Assembly: GCA_964016885.1 (NCBI GenBank)
Contig: OZ024741.1
Span: 412,734,001-412,798,000, forward strand
DNA from: Eledone cirrhosa
Taxonomy: Eukaryota
Direction of reading: 5' to 3'
Length of the DNA stretch: 64,000 nucleotides
The position numbers were made by a program, and so were the translations under genes. The notes beneath the pieces were generated by a model. That model was not told the DNA's origin and searched no databases. It saw only the letters and a program-made list of their open reading frames with translations. How positions within the stretch are numbered: the first letter of the stretch is position 1; each line of letters begins with the position of its first letter. Positions 28,100 through 40,794 of this stretch are shown piece by piece.

Positions 28100-31000
28100 A
28101 CCAATCATAAGTCAGCGGCCTATGCTATCACTTCTTCCGGTTGCCTTTCGATATGATGGATGGACTAGGAAATTCTGGAGAGTCTGAAAAAAAAAATCTG
28201 GACACTGAGTGACAATGCCAAAGATAAAGACAAATTCACCTCATGCTGCCGAACGAAAAAGCAAGGACTCCTCCTCTTTGTTTCGGCCGCGGATGGCCAA
28301 CATAACCCTAACCCCAGCCCCCTCCCCCCTCCCCGTGCCCCACCGTTCCCACCCACCAAACGCAATCCAAAACTTCAGAGTTGGTACCATGAATGTAGGT
28401 ACCTTAAAAGGTCGCTCTAACGAGGTTGTAGAAATGCTTGGACGTAAGGAGGTTGATGTTTGCTGTATCCAAGAGACCAGGTGGAAGGGTGGGTCTGCTA
28501 GATTCATTGTGGGTAAAAAACGATGCTATAAGCTTTTCTGGGTGGGAAATGACAATGGGCTAGGTGGGTACGAATCATGTTAGCAGAAAAATGGGTAGAT
28601 AAGATCATAGACGTAAATAGAGTGAACGACAGAATAATTAAAATAAGACTTGTCCTAAATAGAACTACTGTGACAGTAATATCTGCGTACGCACCCCAAT
28701 CTGGACTGCCTGGCGTTATAAAAGACAGATTCTATGAGACATTGATGCTCACTACCTCCCAAATAACCGACAGTGACAACATAATTATTGCTGGCGACCT
28801 AAATGGTCACGTTGGACAACATTGTGACGGCTATGACGGAATCCATGGAGGCTATGGGTTTGGTACTAGAAATGAGGAAGGCGCCAGAATCCTGGAATTC
28901 TGTGACGCAAATAACCTAACTGTCTGTAACACTAACTTCAAAAAACGAGACAATCACTTGATCACCTCTAGATCAGGGGAACATACCAGCCAGGTAGATT
29001 ATATCCTTACCAGAAGACGTGATAGAGTGTCTGTCGTAAACACTAAATCCTTCCCCCATGAAGAATGCACCTCCCAACATAGACTCATAGTCAGCGACCT
29101 CGTAGTCAGGATAAGACGTACTCGACAACAGAGGAGGACTAGCCTCAGGAGAAAAATATGGAAGCTAAAGGACCCCACAGCCAGTAATACATTTAAAAGC
29201 ATATTACTTGATGCTTTCGACAGTAAGGAAGAGCAATAAGAGTCGTACAATATAGAAGAGCAGTGGTAATTCCTGAAAGCTAACCTGCTGAAGGCGGCAG
29301 ATGACGTCTGTGGCTGGAGCAGGCCTATAGGCAGGAGGAGAGTAACATGGTGGTGGAACAGTAAGGTGGAGGAGTCAATTAAGGCCAAAAAGCAGGCTTG
29401 GAAAGTATGGCGGGATGGGGGAAGTAGAGAAGACTATCAAGTGGCCAGGAGGGAAGCTAGGAGACAAGTGTACCTCGCAAGAAGGGAAGCAGAGGAAAGA
29501 AAGTTCAAGCATGTTCTACAACGCGAGGACCAAAAACGTGAGGTGTTCAGAATTGCTAGGCAATGTGTCAAGGAAAACAGTGATATTGTCGGGGAGAAGT
29601 GTGTCCTAAATGATGATGGTGTACTTGCCATCACTGACGCTGATAAGAAGGTAGCCTGGAAGTGTCACTACGAAAGGCTTCTAAATGAGGAGAATAAATA
29701 GGAGAAAGACAGTCTCCCTCATATCGATCAAATAGAGGGACCAGCGGTGCTAGTTGAAGGTAGTATAATAAGTAAGGCAATCAAAGATATGAAGACGGGT
29801 AAGGCGGCTGGGCCTTCGGAAATAGTTGTTGAAATGCTGAAAGCATCTGGAACGGTGGGACACACTATGGTCACCCGGATAGTAAACCAAGTCGTACAGA
29901 ATGGGGTCGTTCCGAAGGACTGGCGTAGCAGCATCATCATTAACTGCTCACAAGGGTAAAGGAGATGCCCTAGATAGGGGTAACTATAGAGACATTAAAT
30001 TAATCGACCAGGTCATGAAGGTCACTGAAAAAGTAATAGCGCAACTAATCAGAGAGCGAATTGATCTAGATGAAATGCAGTTCGGATTTGAGTCAGGTAA
30101 AAGTACCACAGACGCTCTTTTCATTGTACGACAACTACAGGAGAAGTACCTAGCTAAAAGTAAACCCCTATATTTAGCTTTTGTCGACTTGGAGAAAGCC
30201 TTTGACAGAGTCCCCCGTTCCATTATCTGGTGGGCTCTTAGAAAACTAGGTGTTGATGAATGGCCTGTGAGAGCTATATAAGCCATGTATAAAGAAGGTT
30301 AGAATTAACAACGAATATAGTGAAGAGTTTAGCGTAAAGGTTGGTGTTCATCAGGGCTCTGTCCTTAGCCCCCTCCTATTTATTATTGCCCTTCAGGCTA
30401 TAACAGAGGAGTTCAAGACCGGCTGCGCATGGGAACTCCTATACGCAGATGATCTAACGCTCATAGCTGAATCAATGGCCGAACTAGAGAAGAAATTCCA
30501 AATATGGAAGCATGGCCTAGAATCAAAAGGCCTTAAAATTAACCTGTCTAAGACTAAAGTTCTAGTTTGTAGGAAGGAAAATCCCATCTGGGAAATGGCC
30601 ATGCTCAGTGTGTAGGAAAGGAGTAGGCAGAAACTCCATTTTATGTCCCAAATGCAAAGTATGGGTGCATAAAAGATATAGTGGGATCACAGGTAAGCTA
30701 ACTAAGAATATAGATTTTATATATGGCCGGTGCTCTGGTGCAATAAGTAGCAGCAAGTGCCCACAGAATACTAGCTCATTCCATTGCACAGGTGGTTCTA
30801 TAGAAATAGTGGACACCTTCCGTTACTTGGGTGACAAAATCAGCAGTGGTGGAGGGTGCTCCGAAAGTACAGTAGCTAGAGTCAGAACAGGATGGAAAAA
30901 GTTCAGAGAGCTTATACCACTATTGGCCGCTAAAGGGTTCTCACTAAAGATGAAAGGCAGGCTGTATGATGCCTGCATATGAACAGCAATATTGCACGCC

Positions 31001-31318
31001 AGTGAGACCTGGGCATTGTGTGCAGAGGATATACGCACGCAGACTGGAGAGGAACGAAGCATGCATGCTCCGCTGGATGTGTAATAGTAATATACGTGAA
31101 CGGCAAAACATAAACAAACTAAGGGAGAAATTAGGAATAAGAGGGATCAGATGCTGTTTACTCGAGAGAAGACTACGTTGGTACGGTCACGTGATGCGCA
31201 TGAAAGACGACAGCTGTATAAAAAGTGCAGGGCGATAAAAATAGACGGTAGTCACGGAGTAGGCAGACCCAGAAAAACCTGGGACGACTTGCTAAATTCC
31301 GACCTCACACACTTACAT
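28100..31318 (+). mobile_element. Near full-length decayed RTE-clade LINE (AP endonuclease, RT, PHD finger), 3' end lost
   Basis: APE motifs GTMNVGTL, CIQETRW, SAYAPQ, AGDLNGH, SQVDYIL, SQH; RT motifs [40 protein letters not shown]; multiple stops and frameshifts. ATG at 28215; the 5' boundary is approximate. Confidence 0.93.
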
Positions 31319-31479
31319 CAATAGTAATAATAGTAATAGCACTAATATAAATAGTAACCCTAATATCAATAGTAATAATAGTAATAGCACTAGTGAAAGC
31401 AATAACGCTAGGAGCGACTACCCCCATCACCAAAATGCAATACCTAGCACCCAGACTTCTACACAACATAATAACCAAA

Positions 31480-31900
31480 ATAATTGTAACTGTAGATCTA
31501 ATAGAACCTGCCCTTTAGATAAAAACTGCTTAATGAAGGACATCATATACTCATGCACCGTCAGAACTAGCAACTCTTCTGAAACCTATATAGGCTCTAC
31601 TTCGAACTGCTTCAAAACCAGATATAATTCACACCTCCATTCTTTCAAAAACCACAGTCTAGCCAACTCCATTTCACTATCTAGCTACATACACTATCTA
31701 AAAACTAAAAATAGATCTTATACACTTCAATGGGAAATGATAGGTAAGGCGGCATCGTACAAACCACCTAATAAATTCTGTAACCTCTGTCTACTAGAGA
31801 CCCATACTATAATCTTCTCAAACCATAACCTCCTTAATAAAAAAAATCGGAAGTGCTTGCGTCGTGCCAGCACCGCTTCCGCACTCCTTCCAAAACTTTA
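31480..31900 (+). pseudogene. GIY-YIG endonuclease C-terminal fragment of a 5'-truncated PLE
   Basis: CNCR..CPL..C..DIIY..ETYIGSTSNCFKTRYNSH..CNLCLLE..LLN; clearly homologous to 49870-50363. Confidence 0.8.
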
Positions 31901-33395
31901 AACCCAATATATAACAATGTCAGACTTGAACCCATCATCACCACTCCTAACACCACACCTCAAGGGCACACCTTACACCACAACTCCACACTCTCTGATC
32001 CACCCTATCTCGACACAAATCATTCCATCTATCTATAACATTATACCCTAGAAATATCCCCATAAACAACTACTTTCAATTACTTATAATTATATAGTGA
32101 TACAATACAGTCTATATAAACTTTAAATACTAGATACGGCAATGAATTATTTAGGCATTTGTAATTAAATGTATGGAGTGATAACATTGGATATATATAA
32201 GATTAATTTATTAACATAAGAGATCTGTCTAACTTATATGTAGGGTGCTGCAATGAATTATGTATGAATTATATATGAATTATATATGCAAGTATAACTT
32301 GATGGATAGATTAATGACATTGTAAATGAGGGATGTATTTGTCTGCCCTAGAGATGTATTTTGTTTTGCCATGCAAACAGCCATACGCTGCTCCATAACT
32401 TGCCAGGGGTTATGTAGACAAAATTCTAATAGGTCCCCTGATATGTTCTAAGAGTAGACAGCATTTACAGTGAACTTTGATATAAAGGTATGGCACTTTG
32501 TATGGAATATTCAATTGTAGCACTATATAATAGGGAGTAATCAACTTAATATAGATACTTTAAGTACATCATGATAGAGTAGACTGTATTTAAAATTGGA
32601 AACTAGATATAAATGTATAACCGTCTATATAAGGGACTCAATTGAGGCGCCTGATAATGTATGTTAGAACAATGAATTTAGTTCTGAGATTCGGCTAGTT
32701 ACCTCCCCTTACGCATTAACTCCCCATAATTACACACATACTTCCGGGTAATAAACCGCTGTAAATTCTCGCAGCAGAATCAACCTATTCTATAAACTTG
32801 GATTAAATAACACTGAGCCTCAATACGCTAAAATAATTTATTTTAATGCACCAAACATTCAATACGGATTCATCGTTACTTATGTGATGGATGTAGAAAC
32901 TATAGCTTACTTTTTCTGAATGTGAAAATGATGGTGGAGACGAAAATCATAACTTTCTTTTGCTTCTTCTTTTTCTTTTTATTTTTCTGCACACATACTT
33001 TATTGTTCTATACAAAAAACACCTTACCACTACAACCACCATAATAATCTTACTTACCCGCTTAAAGTGCTTGCATTACGTGTAACACCCTGCCACACAA
33101 TAATAGTATAAAAATGAGACACACTTGCATGCTCCACGTGTAACTAACGCATACACTACCTACTAGACCTGACTATCAAACTATCCTCTTGCATTATCTG
33201 TGTTATCTGCCGAATGTATTTTAATTTTGATTTTGATTTTAATTTTAATTTTGATTTTGATTTTGATTTTGAATTGCTGTACAAAAATAGTATAGTATAA
33301 TATATGCCACTCCACTGTACATCAATATATATATATGTATCTGTATGTCTCTTGCGTTGGAAAGGAGGTCAATTATGTGTACAAACATTGAAAAA

Positions 33396-33442
33396 TGCTC
33401 CGAAAACTCCAAGCCTAGGTTTGGATGAAACAATTGTAAGTG
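33396..33442 (+). ncRNA. Degenerate type I hammerhead motif followed by AATAAA
   Basis: TGCT CCGAAAA c TCCAAGC ctag GTTTGGA t GAAA CAATTG TA AGTG; palindromic stem III ACAATTGT; the core deviates from CUGANGA at two positions. Confidence 0.5.
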
Positions 33443-33519
33443 AATAAATGCTTTGAACATAGCTTTGATTCTTGTGAATTCTATATAACTGCTCTGTAGA
33501 ACAACTGATGTTATTACAT

Positions 33520-33645
33520 TGAGCTATTTATCTTACTGGTAATAAGGTAGTAATAAATTACTGACCTTCACTGTTTAAGGTTTAAAATATACATAACTAT
33601 AAAAAGTTTTAATATATACATAACCATAAATAGTATCCCTAATAT
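33520..33645. repeat. Dispersed repeat fragment, inverted homolog at 57195-57321
   Basis: TGAGCTATTTATCTTACTGGTAATAAGGTAGTAATAAAT... is present as the reverse complement near 57.3 kb. Confidence 0.8.
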
Positions 33646-34020
33646 TATATATATACATATATATACATATATATATATACAAATATATATATATATATAC
33701 ATATATATATACATATATATATATATATACATATATATACATATATATATATACATATATATACATATATATATATATATACATATATATACATATATAT
33801 ATATACAAATATGTATATATATATACATATATATACATACAAATATATATATATATACATATATATACATATATATATACATACAAATATATATATATAT
33901 ACATATATATACATATATATATACATACAAATATATATATATATATATACATATATATACATACAAATATATATATATATATATATACATATATATACAT
34001 ATATATATACATATATATAC

Positions 34021-34055
<35 letters not shown>

Positions 34056-34098
34056 CATATATATACATATATATATATACATATATATACATATATAC

Positions 34099-34129
<31 letters not shown>

Positions 34130-34222
34130 CATATATATACATATATATATATATACATATATACATATATATACATATATATATATATATATAGAGATAT
34201 ATATACATATATATATATATAC

Positions 34223-34253
<31 letters not shown>

Positions 34254-34306
34254 CATACATATATATATATATATATACACATATATACATATATATATAC
34301 ATATAT

Positions 34307-36894
34307 AACCCCAAACACACAACTACATACAAACCCAATACTCAACACCAGAACCAGATACAACCACTGCCATAACACCAAGAACAATTACCGGAGACAA
34401 AATCAAAGACACATGAATACTGAACGAAACAACAGAAGAACAAGACCCCCATACAGCAACGACCACGCAAGAGTCTATCGCCCAACCAGTTACCGGCATG
34501 AAGTTCCGGCGGGCCAAAGGTTTCACCACAACAGAAACACCCCTATCCCAAATGGCACCCATTTTTTAGGACTAGGGGCCTCGCACCAAATGAAAGAAAA
34601 AAAGAAAAAAGCACCACCTTTCAAGTGGCACCTGACGAGAAAGAACCAATCGAACCAAAAATAATCAATATATCAGCCAAGAAATTAACACAACCAGAAA
34701 TACAACTGTTAGAAAATGGACTGAAGTTCACTCCCACTCCGAAAGCAGATACAGCCGATGTTATAAAAGACACAGAAGAAAACTGTCTAAAATTACGCTT
34801 AGGAGAATTCTTCCAGGGTGTACAATACGAGGAAGAATCACTGGTGAAAAACAAAAAAAGAACTTCACGCCCCCGCTAAATAGAGATAAATACCTGGAGG
34901 AGTACATAACCTGCCTTCGCCGATCAGCACGTACAAATACGGCCGAGACGAAACACAAACGCAACATCCCTACAGACCAACTACTAGCATTGAACAAGCT
35001 ACAAAGGGATTCCTCAATAATAATAAAAGAAGCGGACAAAGGTGGAGCAATCGTCATCATGGACATAAACCACTACAAAGATATGGTTCTAGCAAACTTG
35101 AATGACGAAAACTTCTACAGGAAAATCACTAAAAACGAAGAAAGGAAATCGAGGAACCAAATAGGCAAACTAACAACAAAGTACCAAAACAACCTAACAC
35201 CAAAAGAAGTAGATTACCTAATCAACTTCTAAATGAAAACCAGAAATTTCTATGGATTACCAAAAATTCACAAATCCATAGAAATTCAAAACAACATAAA
35301 AGGGAAAAATACATCATATACCGAAGCACCAAAACCGACTGACTTAAAATTACGCCCCATTATTGCTGGCCCAGCCTCAAGCACACAACGTCTAAGCAAC
35401 CTATTAGACATCATACTCAAACCCCTATGTAAAAAAGTTCCAAGCTACATCAGAGATGATATGGAATTCCTTAACTATATCCCCCAAAAAGTACACCAGG
35501 ATACAATCCTAGTCAGTTTTGATGTAATAAGCCTGTACACTAACATCCCACACGACCTAGGGATTGAAGCTGTGGACTTCTGGATTACAAAACACTCAAG
35601 TCACATTTCAGAAAGATTCCACAAAGAATTCATCTTGGAAGGACTTAAATTAGTATTGGAAAACAACCACTTCCTCTTTGACAACGAACTTTATCTACAA
35701 ATAAAAGGAACAGCCATGGGTACCAAAGTGGCCCCTACATATGCAACGTTCGTTATGGGTCACTTAGAGGCAAAATTATATTCCCAACTACAGATAACAT
35801 TCAGTCACGACTTGGCCTTCTACATTAATAAAAACTGGAAACGTTACCTAGATGACTGCTTCATCTTCTGGAACAGAAGCCAAACAGACCTACAAAAATT
35901 TTATTCGATCTTAAACAGGCTTCATGAAGCTATACAATTCACTATGGAATGTAACGAAAAGGAACTGCCCTTTCTAGATATCCTCATCATTAAAGAAGGG
36001 GAAAATATCATAACGGACCTATTTTGCAAACCCACTGACACACACCAATACTTAAATTTCCGGTCAGCACACCCCTCACATACGAAAAGGAACATTCCCT
36101 TCAACATGGCAAGGCGCATCTGCACTATAGCAACACACCCCGTACTACAAGAAAAAAGATTATGTGACCTGAAAATATTCCTTAAAAAACAAGAATACCC
36201 GATGAAACTCATCAACACAGCCATCTCCAAGGCTAAGAACATCCCAATAACAACACTGAGAAAACCAAACCCACAACATAAAAAAGAAAACCCTGCTATC
36301 CCTTTTGTCATCACTCACAACCCAGGGAACGTCAACATTGTGAAAACTGCTAAGCAGTATCTCCCGATTCTACAGCAATCTACCAAACTGAATGCACTCT
36401 TAAAAAACACACAGATAATGTATAGCAGACGCCAAGCACCCAACCTTAAAAAACTAATTACCAAGGCAAAATATACGACCAACATGGAATCAATGCAAGT
36501 GATGAAATGCGGGGACCCTAGATGTGGAACCTGTGAACTCATCGAAGAGGGCAAACAGTTGTCCTTCAAAAACCATGATAATTTCAAGGTCAATGCAAAC
36601 ATGAACTGCAAAACGAAAAACCTAATATATTGTGCAACATGTCCACAGTGTAAAGAGTATTACATTGGGGAAACCGGAACGGGACTACATGATAGAGTCC
36701 GGGTACATAAACAACAAATTAAAGACCCCACAGTCAGAAATACCACATGTAGCGCACACTTTGCATCATGCGGGAAGGGAAAATTCACAATCTTCCCTTT
36801 CTTCAAGATATGGTCGGATAACGAACATTTCCGCAGATATAAAGAAGAATTCTTCATTGAAAAACTGAAACCACTACTGAACACGAAAAAATGA
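34307..36894 (+). mobile_element. 5'-truncated Penelope-like element (Neptune-type architecture): ORF1 tail, RT, Zn-finger linker, GIY-YIG
   Basis: IINIS, GLKFTPTP, IKEADKG, FYGLPKIHK, RPII, SFDVISLYTNIP, GTAMGT, RYLDDCF, PFLD, KCGDPRCGTC, NLIY..YYIGET..R...H, E..I....P.LN; one frameshift near 34855 and a stop at 35230. Confidence 0.93.
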
Positions 36895-37093
36895 ATTAAC
36901 ACTCGGAGGTAAAATTCCATTTCACTACCCCCCCCTCTTCTGAAGTATACACATGAATATCTGAGTGAACGGTGAGACACACACATATATGTGTGTAGGT
37001 ATGTATGGATGTATGTACGTGTGGGTATATATGTATGTGGGTGTGTGTATGTGTGTGTGTATATATATATGTATGGATGTGTGTATGTTTGCA

Positions 37094-37140
<47 letters not shown>

Positions 37141-37205
37141 ATGTGTGTATATATATGTATATGTATATGTATGTATGTGTATATTTGTATGTGTATATTT
37201 GTATA

Positions 37206-37247
<42 letters not shown>

Positions 37248-37385
37248 TATATGTTTATATATGTGTGTGTATGTATATGTATGTATCTATATATATGTGT
37301 GTGTGTATGTATGTGCACATATGTATATATGTGTGTACATATATGTATGTTTCTGTATCTGTATATGTATGTATGTATGTATGTA

Positions 37386-37456
<71 letters not shown>

Positions 37457-37531
37457 GTGTCTTTGTGTTTGTGTGTACATATATATATATATGTGTGTGT
37501 ATATATGTATGTATCTATGTGTATGTATATA

Positions 37532-37578
<47 letters not shown>

Positions 37579-37734
37579 ATGTATGTGTATATATGTATGT
37601 GTGTATGTATGTGTTTGTATGTGTATGTGTATGTATATATATATATATAGTAATAATAATAAAATTGAAGACTAAAATCCAAAGAGGGCTCGATAAGGAA
37701 AATATATATCAAATATATAAGAACCGTAGAGCAA

Positions 37735-39544
<1,810 letters not shown>

Positions 39545-39678
39545 AAAAAGGGATGAAATCGAAAATGCAACTGAAGTCTTATTTTTTTAAAAAATATATA
39601 TATTCTCAACAAAACAACAACTCACTGAACCAGGACATCTTAAATGAACTCAAATAGATTTCCTCTAAACTCTCAATT

Positions 39679-40794
39679 TTGACCAACAAAGTGGACCAAA
39701 TACACATCTATAAAAAAGGACCCCACGAAGAAACAGAAAATACCCAAGAGACGAATATTACTCCAGTATTAACTAAGCTAATCGAAACCATTGAAACAGC
39801 AATGCTCCAAAAGCTTGAACAACCGTTAGAACCCAATCTACGAGATGTCCACTCAGTGAAAAACACCCTAATCAACATATGGACTCAAAAGCTCACAGCC
39901 CGCAAATTCGCCCTTTGGAATCTCCTAAAAAATAATGGCAAGGCAGACATATATGAAAAGTGGCTAAACTCTACCCCAATCATCCTCCCCAAAAAACTCC
40001 AAATAAAACCCATCCCGAATGAACCAGAAAACCAACAAAGACTTAGGGAAAAGATGGCATTGGAAAAATTTAAAACAGAAATAGAACTGTTGCGATTAAG
40101 AGCCAACTCCAACGAAGAAAAATTCAAGTCACTCGACCAACAGATGGACACAGAAATCTCAAAGCACTCTGAAGGCCTACTCTACAAAAAAACCCTAAAA
40201 CTTTGGAAAGAAAACTGTGAGGATGAAGAACTCACATCCCTCCAGCGATGGGAAAAAAACGCCACCTGGTTCAACAACTACGAAATGGACTTCAAAAATG
40301 AACAACATACAGGTAACCCATTTTTAAAACAAACTAAAACTCACACACCACATGCACAACAAATAACAAAAAAAGTAACAAAACGTCCAACATACCCCCA
40401 GCAAAACTATAACGATAATCCCAGAAACCATAGACAAAACTATAACCCTACTAACAAAAACCAAAGATCCCCGAACACAAGGCAGGACCTGATCCGCAGA
40501 TCACAACCCACACAAAACCTATTCCAAAACCGTAGACCCCTGCCCATACAGAGCCTGTTCCAAAACCATAGATCCCAACCCACACAAAGGAACCAAATCT
40601 ACAACCCGGACTATCAACAAACCGAACCTCAATACGTCCGAAACTTCTATACAAGACCACACAACAACAGGGGAAATACCATTAGATATAATAATACCAA
40701 TGAAAAAACATTCCAGAAAAATCATTTTTTAGACCAAGGCTACAGGATTCACGACACCCGGTGGCACAAACCGATTTTGAAAAACCGAAAATAA
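39679..40794 (+). CDS. PLE ORF1-like protein: charged helical/coiled-coil region plus Q/N/R/P-rich tail; probably 5'-truncated
   Basis: 371-codon non-repetitive ORF; the frame continues upstream past a single TAG at 39655 to the inversion junction; overlaps the RT ORF. Confidence 0.7.
   Translation: MTNKVDQIHIYKKGPHEETENTQETNITPVLTKLIETIETAMLQKLEQPLEPNLRDVHSVKNTLINIWTQKLTARKFALWNLLKNNGKADIYEKWLNSTPIILPKKLQIKPIPNEPENQQRLREKMALEKFKTEIELLRLRANSNEEKFKSLDQQMDTEISKHSEGLLYKKTLKLWKENCEDEELTSLQRWEKNATWFNNYEMDFKNEQHTGNPFLKQTKTHTPHAQQITKKVTKRPTYPQQNYNDNPRNHRQNYNPTNKNQRSPNTRQDLIRRSQPTQNLFQNRRPLPIQSLFQNHRSQPTQRNQIYNPDYQQTEPQYVRNFYTRPHNNRGNTIRYNNTNEKTFQKNHFLDQGYRIHDTRWHKPILKNRK

Noticed and set aside
28110-28214. 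HDV-like ribozyme in the RTE 5'UTR
   Set aside because: Partial P1 and P2 pairings exist, but there is no convincing P3/L3 or J4/2.
35230-35232. Recoded stop (selenocysteine or readthrough) in the PLE RT
   Set aside because: The codon is TAA, not TGA; the related element has Glu here and this copy also has a frameshift, so it is simple decay.
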